This document shows positions 10,607 through 20,873 of a DNA stretch of 64,000 nucleotides, in pieces. The position numbers were made by a program, and so were the translations under genes. The DNA comes from an uncultured Verrucomicrobiae bacterium (GTDB taxonomy: Bacteria; Verrucomicrobiota; Verrucomicrobiia; Chthoniobacterales; JAFAMB01): positions 512,001-576,000 of the forward strand of contig CAWAIK010000001.1 in the NCBI GenBank assembly GCA_963782115.1, written 5' to 3'. The notes beneath the pieces were generated by a model. The model was not told the origin of the DNA. It saw only the letters and a program-made list of their open reading frames with translations, and ran no database searches. Every line of letters begins with the position of its first letter. Position 1 is the first letter of the stretch.

Positions 10607-10813
10607 ATGAGGAAATTAAAGAACGCTTCCACTATCTCACCCATCAAACCGGAGATCCGGACATGGTACGCGTTTGAAGGACCTTTAGGAGATGTTATCC
10701 ATAACAAACAGTTCTTCTTCGCTTGGAAGGAAGGATGCCTGATGGGAACCTACAACACACTTGAGGAGGCTACGGCATCTCTGACCTCCAAAACAAGGCG
10801 AGACAAACACTGA
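10607..10813 (+). CDS. Small hypothetical protein
   Basis: 68-aa ATG ORF with protein-like composition (GTYNTLEEA). Confidence 0.35.
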   Translation: MRKLKNASTISPIKPEIRTWYAFEGPLGDVIHNKQFFFAWKEGCLMGTYNTLEEATASLTSKTRRDKH

Positions 10814-11247
10814 TTCCAAATGCCTCATTCCCTCTTGCGCTCTTTTAGTGCCAGTGCCGACCAGCGATCCATATCGTTGACCCGCTCAGAAGGGTTTCCG
10901 GGAGCCTTCGGGCTTTCCTCTGCAAGCATCTGGGAAGACAGCCACCAGCATGTTCACGGGGATTCCCGCACGGCGGAACGAGAATGGAGCGCATTAAAAC
11001 ACGGTCTGATGCTCACATTGGAAATCGCTGTTGGAACAGTCGCATGTGCTGGCACAATCCTGACTATCTTCGCTTGGACTGAGGGCAGCTTGTAATCAGA
11101 AAAGGGGAGAAGGAGCGCCTTGCCCCCTTCCGACGGGTGCGGGATGAAATTCGGAACTACCTGAAAGTCTTCCCTTCCTGAACACTGCTTGCCATGAAGA
11201 CGCTGCTCCTTGAGGCGCCTTGCGTAAACCAGTAGCTAGGGATAACC

Positions 11248-11763
11248 ATGAACAAGGCCCTTTCCTGCATGGTCGCTCTGTTCTTGTTTGCCCCGCGTAT
11301 CATGGCTCAGACGACCACGTCGATCCCAACGGCTGCTGACGCGCAACGTGCAGCCGAGGTGGATCAACGAGGCGACGAAGGCATGGGCTTCAGTCACGCC
11401 ATGACCGGGCACCATTTTCACCTTCTTCCGGATGAAGGCTCTATCGAGGTTGAGTCGGACAGCCCTGAAGACGATGCCAGTAAAGAGGCAATACGTCGGC
11501 ACATGCAAAAAATCGCAGGGATGTTCGCACAAGGGGAATTTTCTCTGCCCGTGTTTATCCACGACACGGTTCCACCTTGCGTGGAAGTGATGAAGCGCCT
11601 AAAAGATCAAATCGTCTAAACAGCCGAAAATACAGCCAAAGGCGCACAGTTGCGGATCTCCACTACGAATCCGGAAGCGGTGATTGCCGTCCACGAGTTT
11701 CTGCGCTTCCAGATCAAAGACCACCGCACCAATGACCCGCTGGCAATCCAAGTGAAACCGTAG
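11248..11763 (+). pseudogene. Secreted hypothetical protein with internal stop
   Basis: Signal peptide; MGFSHAMTGHHF; TAA at 11617-11619, then the same frame continues to VHEFLRFQIKDHRT. Confidence 0.6.
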
Positions 11764-11843
11764 TCTTGATTTGCAGCAAATCGGTGTCTGTGCAGTAGAA
11801 GGTCGAAAAATGAACGCCCGAAGCCGTCGCAAGCGTTGTTCTT

Positions 11844-12224
11844 ATGAACACTAAACGCATGTCGATCACTCCCAAGGCGATCCAAGACCTCCTGGACGAA
11901 TTGGAAGCGTCAAAGCAGAGCCGGTTGCGTGCTTGGAACGCTCTCCAGCGGATACGAGCCCTTCTCTCGGACCTTGGCAAAACCGAGCTTCCGCGACCGG
12001 CCAGTAGGACGATTGACCTGGAAGGAAGACTGGTGAAGGACGGCGTTCGAAAGGCTCTCAAGGATAAACGGAATGCTGTTACCGATTTGGTCCAGGGCCA
12101 TTCGCGAGTATCGAAAATTTATCGATCAATCGCTCACTTTACGCGGATGGATTACGCTCACGCCGTTCAGGAATTGAACAAGGCGATTGATCGGGCGCAG
12201 GCTCTTTGTTCGACAACAGTTTAA
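11844..12224 (+). CDS. Coiled-coil hypothetical protein (paralog fragment near 15832)
   Basis: MSITPKAIQDLLDELEASKQSRLRAWNALQRIR versus MSITPQDLQELLGKLDRLRASRRRAWENLQEIR. Confidence 0.5.
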   Translation: MNTKRMSITPKAIQDLLDELEASKQSRLRAWNALQRIRALLSDLGKTELPRPASRTIDLEGRLVKDGVRKALKDKRNAVTDLVQGHSRVSKIYRSIAHFTRMDYAHAVQELNKAIDRAQALCSTTV

Positions 12225-12264
12225 TCTTGGATGAGATCGTCGCATTAGAATAACAATATTTGCG

Positions 12265-13269
12265 ATGAATGAATCTCAATCGCCGCCTTCAGAAAACTGG
12301 AAGGAGCAATTCATGGCTTGTCTCACGGTTCCCGTTTTCGCGGACATGCGACAGAAAGAAGCTGTTGCGCTGCTCCACAAAAATAAGCCGGACTCTCTGT
12401 TCAGATATAGGCGTTTGGACGAAGAGCGAGAGTTCGAAAATATTGAACGTCAGCAAGTATGGCTAAGCCAGCCGCTCGACTTTAACGATAAAGATCCCTT
12501 TGACTCGTCTTTCAACATTTGGCATCAAGATTTTATCTTACCAAAGGCTGCGCCGCAGGAAACCATCAATCGATTTCCTCAGATTGTTCGGGATAATTTA
12601 AGTGAGTCGGAAGTCGCGGAGTTTTCTAGATTCCCAGACATTCCTGATGAGAGATTCAGGGTGCTATTCAGAAAAGCCTACCCGGAAGAGTCCATTGAGA
12701 TTGTTAATATGGTTATGGAGGCGATTCGTAAAGCGTCCGAAACCTTTAGGGCGAAACATGTTCAGAAACTTGAGGAATTCACGAAGCAAAATCTAAGTGT
12801 GTGCTGCTTTTGCGAGACGTCCGATTTGACGTCCATGTGGACACACTACGCTGATGGTCATCGTGGGTGTTGTATAGAGTTTGACGTGCGACGCCAGTTC
12901 ATACCCGATGCTGTCGGGTACTTGTTTCCGGTTATTTATAAAGACGAGTTGTTTAATGTGACGCCATATTACAGCGCGATTGCCGCTGGAGGAGGTAACA
13001 ACTGGGCTGCAGTCCTCGCTGCCTGTCACAAAGCGAAATCCTGGTCTTCCGAGCGCGAATGGCGAATCGTCTTCGCATTTTCAATGGAAGGAGAGAACAA
13101 TCGTTTTATTCCCGTTAAAAGCATAACATTCGGTCTGAGAACTGAGAGAAAAGCACAGGAGAGACTGTTTGAAATTGCACAGAAACTCAAGGTTCCATTG
13201 TACAGAGCACTGCGATCCCGCTCGGAAGCTAAGGTGCTCTCTGAGTTGGTCACAAAACTGACCTACTGA
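12265..13269 (+). CDS. DUF2971 domain-containing protein
   Basis: LFRYR, WLSQPLDFNDKDPFD, VCCFCE...MWTHYADGHRGCCIEFD, KAKSWSSEREWR. Confidence 0.85.
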   Translation: MNESQSPPSENWKEQFMACLTVPVFADMRQKEAVALLHKNKPDSLFRYRRLDEEREFENIERQQVWLSQPLDFNDKDPFDSSFNIWHQDFILPKAAPQETINRFPQIVRDNLSESEVAEFSRFPDIPDERFRVLFRKAYPEESIEIVNMVMEAIRKASETFRAKHVQKLEEFTKQNLSVCCFCETSDLTSMWTHYADGHRGCCIEFDVRRQFIPDAVGYLFPVIYKDELFNVTPYYSAIAAGGGNNWAAVLAACHKAKSWSSEREWRIVFAFSMEGENNRFIPVKSITFGLRTERKAQERLFEIAQKLKVPLYRALRSRSEAKVLSELVTKLTY

Positions 13270-13289
13270 CTCGGATGCCAGTACATTGC

Positions 13290-13706
13290 CGATTCAAAAC
13301 GCTGATTATTCAAAACGAAAATGGGCGGTACCGATTGAGTCAGGAATTCGCGAATCTCAACGCCCCGCTGCTCGATCAGTATTTGCTTGTCAACCCGCCC
13401 CCGCCTTACGGACTGTGTTTCAGCAAGGCTGAGTTCCGCGACCAGTTAAAGGCGCAGATCGATTCCGATATGCCGGGGGTGGCGTTGCTCGATCCCTGGA
13501 ACGCAGTCAGTCACGATGACAAACAACGGGACTACCTGGAAGGCTTCGACTTGATCCGTTCGGTATTTCCGCCTGGGGACCAAGGCCCTGCAATCGGGAT
13601 CATCGCTCACACCCGCAAACCCGGTCAGGGCGAACACAAGAACGGACGGGCGCTGCTCACACTGTTGGCTGGTTCCTATGTCCTGACATCGGTTCCGCGA
13701 ACTGTC
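13290..13706 (+). pseudogene. AAA_25/RepA-like (RecA-fold) helicase, 5'-truncated internal part
   Basis: LIIQNENGRYRL, ALLDPWN, IIAHTRKP, LAGSYVLTSVPRTV. Confidence 0.65.
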
Positions 13707-14323
13707 TGTCGGAAGAATTGCCGCGTGTGGGCCATATTCCTATGCTCTTTTTGGTTTCGGTTTTTGGTGAAAGTTTTTTCAGATTTCCGCGCCACTTTTA
13801 ACCCCGCGGAATGATTCGATTTTCTCCGTTTTCCGCGACTCCCTTTAGGGGGAGCGGAAACGGAAAAATCTTCCGCGGATTTTCCGCTGCGTTTTCCGGC
13901 GCGGAAAATTCGCGGAAAATAGGGCTTAATTCTGCCATGAAAAGAGTTTCTTTTTTCGGTCGTACAGCAGATGTCTGCTGAACTGAATTTTCCGCCTGTG
14001 AGTGTCAGTGCTTTGTAGCAAGCGCTATGTTTCAGCCCGGTTAAATCCTGCAATGCTTTAACCGCTTCCGCCGCGGTTAACCATTTCTGTCCGTTATCGA
14101 AAAGGTTCCGCATTGCCTGTTCAGTGATTGAACCTCTGCCGCTATTTCCTTTTTTGTTGTCCGCGTTGTCCCATTCGTCCCAATCGAATCCAGGTGAAGA
14201 TTGCCACAACCCATTGTCACGCACCCAGACGGAACGATCGCCTAATTCGCCATCGCTGTTTTTGCAGCAGGTGACCACCACACGGTTATCAAGCACATCA
14301 TCGCTGGCAGACTGCAGCAGGAA
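13707..14323 (-). pseudogene. Inverted 3' part of the same AAA_25 gene and its downstream DNA
   Basis: FLLQSASDDVLDNRVVVTCCKNSDGELGDRSVW reads as the direct continuation of ...VPRTV. Confidence 0.6.
13785..13919. repeat. Cluster of TTCCGC/GCGGAA repeats with central hairpin (origin-like)
   Basis: About 9 copies in both orientations; TCCGTTTTCCGCGACTCCC-TTTA-GGGGGAGCGGAAACGGA imperfect inverted repeat. Confidence 0.55.
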
Positions 14324-14390
14324 CGGCGGAGCCGTCGGCCAGATGCACGTGCGAAAAAGAATGGGCCGCGCGGAGGGGTAAGTTCTGCCT

Positions 14391-15044
14391 CTAACTTGCC
14401 CCAAGAAATTTGCTGATGATGCTGATTAAAACACCGACCACGATTAGACCCATAGGCTTGGTCCACCAGCCTTTTTCATCATTCTCCCGGATGTTGTTTA
14501 TTTGGTTAACCGCATTTACGACATTCCCATCACCAGAAATGTCGATGTTTTGGTTACTCCGCATGGAATACATTTGCAGCAAAAGCGGAGCCTGATGTAT
14601 CAAAACTTTTTCTTCCTCGAATGCTCGTAGAGAGTGGAAAGTAGATCTTTGCAGCAACTTGATGCCGAGCAACATCAGGCCGAAACTCAAAACAAGCCAG
14701 CCGATGCCCGCGCCAGACAGCAAGCTCGACGGCATTGTCAGCGGTAGCGTTAGCGTTGGATAGGGTGAGATCGACCGTAGGAACCACCACACCGGCGGTA
14801 TGATCGCATCCAGCCAGAACCACACCTGCACCACAAGTGTGCAAAAGATGCCTATTATGGGGGCATTACGGACTTCTGGCGGTGCCAGAGCAAAACATTG
14901 GATTAATCCGGTGATGAAAACCGCCAATCCGACAAACTTTACGACATGACCAACGACCTTAAACCAAACTGCGTTGAGTCTGTCGTTCGCAATACCCTCG
15001 CGAACCTTGTTTACGAATACTTGGGCATCAAACATGTGGCGCAA
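14391..15044 (-). CDS. Membrane hypothetical protein
   Basis: 217-aa ORF with 3-4 TM segments and an NQNIDISGDGNVVN linker. Confidence 0.5.
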   Translation of the reverse strand: MRHMFDAQVFVNKVREGIANDRLNAVWFKVVGHVVKFVGLAVFITGLIQCFALAPPEVRNAPIIGIFCTLVVQVWFWLDAIIPPVWWFLRSISPYPTLTLPLTMPSSLLSGAGIGWLVLSFGLMLLGIKLLQRSTFHSLRAFEEEKVLIHQAPLLLQMYSMRSNQNIDISGDGNVVNAVNQINNIRENDEKGWWTKPMGLIVVGVLISIISKFLGAS

Positions 15045-15062
15045 AGGGTCAGTTGCGTCAGA

Positions 15063-15506
15063 CTATTGAGAACGCGCAGGTCCGAGGTATTTTTGGGCAT
15101 CCTGTAGCTGCCAGTACTCTCGTTTTACCTCATCGCCAGCAGCTCTTTCCTTCTCAATCTCCTCTGAACTTCTGGGAGTCGGAGTGGCGAAGAACTTCTT
15201 AAGCGCCTCTTCCTGTACTTGAGCAAATTTCTTCTCCTGTTGGTGCGAGTCCTGTTGAATCTTTGTTGCTTCCGCTTGCCATTCCTTTTTACTTTCCAGA
15301 AAGTCGGCTTGGGCCGCCAAGAGTTTGTGATTCCAGAAGTTGGTAGAGGATCGCAAACCTTCATCGTGGAAGGCGAGAGCTATTGGCACAGCAAGCATCC
15401 CAAAAGCCAGCATTTGCCGCGCTGTTATTGTCTCTGGCTTTATCCATTTCCAGAGAAAGGGGATCAAAACACAAGAAAAATTCAACCACGTAAACGGCTC
15501 AGACAT
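15063..15506 (-). CDS. Membrane-anchored coiled-coil hypothetical protein
   Basis: Two N-terminal hydrophobic segments followed by a charged helix. Confidence 0.45.
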   Translation of the reverse strand: MSEPFTWLNFSCVLIPFLWKWIKPETITARQMLAFGMLAVPIALAFHDEGLRSSTNFWNHKLLAAQADFLESKKEWQAEATKIQQDSHQQEKKFAQVQEEALKKFFATPTPRSSEEIEKERAAGDEVKREYWQLQDAQKYLGPARSQ

Positions 15507-15996
15507 ATTGGCAACTCCCATTGAAGGGCAGCAGCATACCATACCTAGTGTATGGTGCAAATCTGAACCACAAGATCTGCATATCGCCGTCCATGTGTTA
15601 TTTACAAAGAAAGTTGGAGATCATACTTCAAGAATTGGAGCTGAACGGCGAGCGAGACTGATCAGAACAGCGCTTGTGCCGCTCGGGCATGACGAACTGA
15701 CCAATTTGGTCAGTGGGGGGGGGACTCGGCACCGGACCAATTTGGTCCGCTTTTTCAGCGGGGGAGTCGGATTGTCCTAGTCGCCAAACAGACTTGACCT
15801 CCTCACGGTGTTCAGGGGAACAATATGCGCCATGTCCATCACTCCTCAAGATCTCCAAGAACTGCTGGGCAAACTCGATAGATTGAGAGCCTCTCGTCGA
15901 AGAGCATGGGAGAACCTCCAAGAGATTCGATGGGGGTGCCGAAGGATGCAGCGGGGCTGGATCTTCAACCGTTTGTTGGAAAGGTTATCGGATTTA

Positions 15997-16470
15997 ATGA
16001 CAAAAAGATATCGCAGTGTTGTTGCTCTTTTTCTGGCGTCTATCTGCTGTTCGTACGGACAGGAGCCGGGAAAGGATTTAATGGACGCAATGAAGAGTCT
16101 GAAATCTATCGCGAGCGTGACGGTCCCGTTGGCAAAGGTTGAATTCCCGATCTTAGACGCGAAATTTAAGGGGGATCAATACAACGACCTGGTCGCCAGG
16201 ATTCGTACGCCCGTAATGCTGTCGGACATGGCAGTCAATCTCGATTTGGACGTGATGTCTGATTGGGTAAAACGAGATGACACTGAGTCGGTAACAACGA
16301 CTATATTGGCCGTGGCCAGCGAGCTGCGTGCGCTAGATGGAGTCCTGCTGGCCGAAGCGATCGCCGGGTCGGCTCGCCAAGCCGAGCTTCTAGACCTCTA
16401 TCAAAAAGAGGAGGCTGCGGTCTTTCATGTGACCGTGACACACCAGACGTGGGTAAATAAGCCGCATTGA
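15997..16470 (+). CDS. Secreted hypothetical protein
   Basis: Signal-like MTKRYRSVVALFLASICCSYG; 157 aa. Confidence 0.45.
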   Translation: MTKRYRSVVALFLASICCSYGQEPGKDLMDAMKSLKSIASVTVPLAKVEFPILDAKFKGDQYNDLVARIRTPVMLSDMAVNLDLDVMSDWVKRDDTESVTTTILAVASELRALDGVLLAEAIAGSARQAELLDLYQKEEAAVFHVTVTHQTWVNKPH

Positions 16471-16657
16471 TGAATGCGCCAGTTGTACTTTGTCGTCGTG
16501 CTGCCCAACGGGACCGTGGTTGTTGTGAAGCGGAGTATTTTAAACGCTGGAAGTTAAATCGGCTGCCGATCGCCTGGGGAAGCATCCAGCCACAATTTTT
16601 CGCTGGATTAAGCTGGGGCTCGACATCTATTCAGAGGATTCAATCCAGCAGTTTTCG

Positions 16658-17233
16658 TTGGGCAAAAAACGCAGGCAGCACCCAAACACGATCCAAAAAA
16701 CAAAGGGAGTCAGCGAAGTTGAACACCTTGAATTGGCAGCCCCCGATCTGAATCAGATCGCATTGGCCCCCGTCGGTCGGCGAGGCGCCGGGGCTGCGTT
16801 GGGAAGGCTGGAGAGTGTAGAGGAACGGGCTTTCGTCCGTTTGCAACGGGCGATCGAGGAAGGTGATCCGTTCAAGACCAGACAGGCCCAGGAATTTTAT
16901 TTAAAAAGTTCTGAAGTTTTACGCCGTCTGGACATCGCAGTTCTGACCGAACGCCGACAAGCCGGTGAACAAGTTCCTTTGACGCAGATTGAAGATGTTG
17001 CGCGACAAATTTCCGAATGGTTGCGCGTCGCGTTCGAACGATTCCTTGCGGCTGAATCGCCTGCTCTGGTGCAAACGGAGGATCTCGGGACTTTCAAGGC
17101 ACACGCAATCGAAAGCTTCCGCGGAATCCTGCACAGAGAGGTCAAGACGGCGTTAATGACCAACCCGACTATCCTCCCGACCTGGGCAGCCGATCGGGTT
17201 CGAGAAGCTTGGAATATTAATCCCGATTACTAA
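16658..17233 (+). CDS. Helical hypothetical protein, possibly phage/satellite related
   Basis: 191-aa coiled-coil ORF inside the island; no diagnostic motif. Confidence 0.45.
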   Translation: MGKKRRQHPNTIQKTKGVSEVEHLELAAPDLNQIALAPVGRRGAGAALGRLESVEERAFVRLQRAIEEGDPFKTRQAQEFYLKSSEVLRRLDIAVLTERRQAGEQVPLTQIEDVARQISEWLRVAFERFLAAESPALVQTEDLGTFKAHAIESFRGILHREVKTALMTNPTILPTWAADRVREAWNINPDY

Positions 17234-17716
17234 CATTTAGTTTTTCCTGTTATGGAGCCTCAAGCCCTTTTCGCTGATGCGGCAAGTTATCGTGGTATCC
17301 TTGGGGCTTACCGATGCGGCATCGGACCAAAAAGGAAGAAATGCCGGGACCGATCCCAGACATCGCCCGAAACCGATCCTTGGACCCGGCGTCGAAACGG
17401 CTCTTACCTAGCCGACGAAGGGCGCGAGCGACTTCGCAGTAGCAGTAAATGCTCGAAAGAACGTGACCGTACGGTGGCTTCAAATTTTCGACAGACCGAA
17501 GCGATGCGTGTTGGCCGGTGACGCTAAGCAAGTCCTCAATCGGCTTAGAACATTGCCAGGGCCTGTCTGGCGCTCGTTTGATGGTCAGTCGCGGTCCCGG
17601 CTTTCCACTCCCTTCGCCCTCCCGGGTTATCTCCGGCGTGCGGTCGGTCGCGGGGAGAGCGCCGAATCGCAAGCTAGTGATCGAGGGTGGTTGAGGCGAG
17701 TAGGGTCCATAGAAAT

Positions 17717-20700
17717 CTATTGGGAAGTAATATTCCCCTCAACTGTTGGGCCAGTTCTCGCCGTTTCTTTTTGCATTTGCTCGATTAAAAGACTCAATTC
17801 GTCTAGATAGGCGGCTCTATTAATATCCCCTTCCGGCATTGTTGTTTCTACGCTATGCGCCAGTAGCCGTAATCCTTGCAATGTGGATTCGGCAGGGCTA
17901 AGGCATCGCTTCTCTCGAACTAATCCGACTGCCCTCGCCCGAAAAAGGTCACTCTTAAATTGATCAAGCGCAAATCGCAATGATGCAACGTCTAATGCTT
18001 TAGGATTTGCTTTAAATCGATTAAACCGATCTGAGTCTCGGAGCCATACAATTATTTGAGAACTGATCGGTAAAATAAAAAACAATGAGCAGGTCACGCC
18101 CACTAAGACAGGTAAAATTGATGATATTCGCATTGCCAAAACCATTGCGAACATGCCAAGGACAACGAGAATTATCTTCCATGCATTTTTCAGTACATTG
18201 CGTAAGTGTGTTAGAAGATTTCTAAAAAAGAATACAACTGGGTAAATAGGAATCACAATCCATGCCAAAGGATGGGTAAATTCCCCCGCTCCGGCGGCAT
18301 AGCTCGCAGCCAAGCTCCAAAACGCCGCATAAGCAAAAATTAAACCAGACAAAATCCCCGCGACAGGGCCGTCCACAGTCATTGTGCACAATATACCAAT
18401 AAACGTTAAAAGCGCGGCTAACTCTATTCGTAGCAATCCCAATAAGCTTACTGACTGGAAAGCTAATCCTTGCTGTGTTAGCCAAGCCCATTTCTTCGGC
18501 GCCTTGCGCTTAACGTAACGTCGGAAGGGATCTACCCAAACTAGTGTGCAGTTTATGACCAACGCTGGGATTCCTAACCCGTAAATCTCCATTGCAAATA
18601 AGCGGTTGTGTTTAACGCTGAGGAGAACGGAGAGATATATGATACAAATACCATGGATGAAAAGGCTCAGTCGTGGGATCCATCTTAACAGATTGAACGT
18701 CCTCATAAGATCGCCCCCAGCCAAGCGAGCGACATGGGCTCGCGTAGCATGTTGCTGTCGGCCGAGTGCACCGTTACGTGCCATCTGCAACAAGGTCGCA
18801 CGCACTGACTTGACAATGTCATTTGGAATCGGAGACAAGCGCGCCGCTTGCTTATATGCGACATCTCTGAGTAATTGACTATCACTGTTAAAGCCTGCTC
18901 GAATTATCTCATCGAGTTGCTTGCTCGGAATCGCTCCGGCAACCTCGAGTGCCCATTTGCGGTCAAGTAATTGGCCGCGTTCAAACGGTGCCGCTAGTAA
19001 TTGACCAACCTTGTTCCTCAACTCGGGAGGCAAATCCTCGAGGTGTGCGCCGAATCCATCCTGGAGGATGCTGCAAATGTGTAAGCAACCTGCCGGCCAG
19101 CGGAAGAACTCGCCTGCGGACTCTATTCCTTGGCCTAATACTCCTGTCATCATCCCCTCTAAAACAGACCCAATCTCGACAAGGTGAGGCGTTATCGTCG
19201 CTGCGGGTTGAGTTTGGAATAGAACGACGACAGACTCTCGCCAGCGTGCGTCCGTAAGCAGTTTCAGAGGGGGTATACGGTGCGGTTCCCGCAGTAGAAG
19301 ACAAGTGGCGAAGTACTCCTGAAAGCGTCTATGCGAGAAAGTAAATACTTGTGAGCTTTCTTGAGCCGTCCCAGAACGAGCAAGCTTCATAAATTCTAAC
19401 GCATTGAGCGCAGTTTCAAATTGCTTATTCGGCTTGAACCCGAGCTTAACCATTGCATCAAGCAAAAGTTGGCGAGACGGATTCAGCCCAAGACCGTCCT
19501 GCGCTGCCATACAAAAAGCGAACTGCTCCGCAGCGGTTCTGAGTTGTACCGGGTCAAAGCTGTAACGCGCCTTCAGGCGCTCCGCGTCACTAGTTAGCCT
19601 GCTCTGAATGTAAGTCTCGAAGACAGCATGCGCGCTTTTCGGTAATGGATTGGCAGTTTTAATATGGTTGCACAATAGGCCCAGAAACATCGGGTTATTC
19701 AGCATCAAATTAAAATCGTCGCTCACGCTATCAATCCAATTTAGAAACTCACGTTCAGCGCTCGGTTCCAAGTTGACTTTGCGGACGAGACGGACCCGCC
19801 TCTGTCTGGACAGTGGTTGAATGTGAAATCGGGGCCATGCTAATCCTCCAGGCCCGCGAAAGTATCTTGAAGCTATAATTCCGCGACACCGATTCATTCC
19901 ATGCAGAAAATTATGAATGGATTCGGCATAGATTCTGATTATGTCATCCGTTTCGGTCGAGCCAAGCACATCAGGCAGTTCGTCGAAGGAATCAAAGAGG
20001 AATAGCCAGGTGCCCTCAGCCATTCCACGCCTGAACTCCTCCTGTATGAATTCCTCAACGTCCCTATCATTCACGTCTAACATGGCTAGGACAAATGTCT
20101 CAATGAAGTTTCGATCAATCTGCTTACCCGGGCGGTGTTTAAGCTCCTTGAGATTGATGTAGAGTGGCACCAAGCTCTTTGTGGAATGAGCCTTTGTAGC
20201 GCGTTCGGCCAGAACATTCGCCACGTGCCGCAGCGCGACACTTTTTCCAGAACCAGGTTCCCCTTCAACCAAAATTAGACGCTCTCGACTCCGGCTGAGT
20301 GCGGCGGACAATGAACTCTCCCGTCTCAAGTGATCGCGACTTCTGAGAATCGGCAACAGAGGGATTAGGTGATGACTTTTGCCCTCCGCCTCTACCTCTG
20401 CCTCGAGTTCCGTAAACTTGTAGTCCTGCCATGCCTCCCGACTGTTCAATAATGCCAATCTCGATTTAAGATGCTCTGAGAAGCGACGCCGTCTCTCAGC
20501 GCGTCTTCTTTGCTCGGGATTATAGAATATCGGACGAATTTTTTGACCCCATAATTCGGTAATTTTGGATACAATGAATAGGGTTGCCCAGGCAGCGAGC
20601 ATAAAAAGACCAATACCGAGAACAATCCCTATGGCCGGTTGGATCCAACTTGGAACGTGATCACCAAAGAGGCGTTTCAGCACGCCATCAATCCAGTCGG

Positions 20701-20785
20701 TAACTGTTTTGAATTCGGGCAAAAATTCGCTGCCTAGGATAGGCTGCGCGGGCCAGATCTCCAGGGAAGATCGACGCATTTCCAT
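17717..20785 (-). CDS. NACHT (STAND) NTPase with N-terminal TM helix and C-terminal multi-TM region
   Basis: Walker A GEPGSGKS, Walker B LFLFDSFDE, NNPMFLGL, FTFSHRRFQEYFA, WRESVV; about 6-7 hydrophobic helices after roughly aa 700. Confidence 0.88.
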   Translation of the reverse strand: MEMRRSSLEIWPAQPILGSEFLPEFKTVTDWIDGVLKRLFGDHVPSWIQPAIGIVLGIGLFMLAAWATLFIVSKITELWGQKIRPIFYNPEQRRRAERRRRFSEHLKSRLALLNSREAWQDYKFTELEAEVEAEGKSHHLIPLLPILRSRDHLRRESSLSAALSRSRERLILVEGEPGSGKSVALRHVANVLAERATKAHSTKSLVPLYINLKELKHRPGKQIDRNFIETFVLAMLDVNDRDVEEFIQEEFRRGMAEGTWLFLFDSFDELPDVLGSTETDDIIRIYAESIHNFLHGMNRCRGIIASRYFRGPGGLAWPRFHIQPLSRQRRVRLVRKVNLEPSAEREFLNWIDSVSDDFNLMLNNPMFLGLLCNHIKTANPLPKSAHAVFETYIQSRLTSDAERLKARYSFDPVQLRTAAEQFAFCMAAQDGLGLNPSRQLLLDAMVKLGFKPNKQFETALNALEFMKLARSGTAQESSQVFTFSHRRFQEYFATCLLLREPHRIPPLKLLTDARWRESVVVLFQTQPAATITPHLVEIGSVLEGMMTGVLGQGIESAGEFFRWPAGCLHICSILQDGFGAHLEDLPPELRNKVGQLLAAPFERGQLLDRKWALEVAGAIPSKQLDEIIRAGFNSDSQLLRDVAYKQAARLSPIPNDIVKSVRATLLQMARNGALGRQQHATRAHVARLAGGDLMRTFNLLRWIPRLSLFIHGICIIYLSVLLSVKHNRLFAMEIYGLGIPALVINCTLVWVDPFRRYVKRKAPKKWAWLTQQGLAFQSVSLLGLLRIELAALLTFIGILCTMTVDGPVAGILSGLIFAYAAFWSLAASYAAGAGEFTHPLAWIVIPIYPVVFFFRNLLTHLRNVLKNAWKIILVVLGMFAMVLAMRISSILPVLVGVTCSLFFILPISSQIIVWLRDSDRFNRFKANPKALDVASLRFALDQFKSDLFRARAVGLVREKRCLSPAESTLQGLRLLAHSVETTMPEGDINRAAYLDELSLLIEQMQKETARTGPTVEGNITSQ

Positions 20786-20873
20786 GAAATGATGACCTTA
20801 TCAAGCGGGTCGATGGTTGGCGACCAATTAATGTACGCTTCGGTTCTGACATCCGCGAGCAGGCATCCTTAGA

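Noticed and set aside
16658..17233. Terminase small subunit call
   Set aside because: Only context and helical character support it; no recognisable motif and no other packaging genes.
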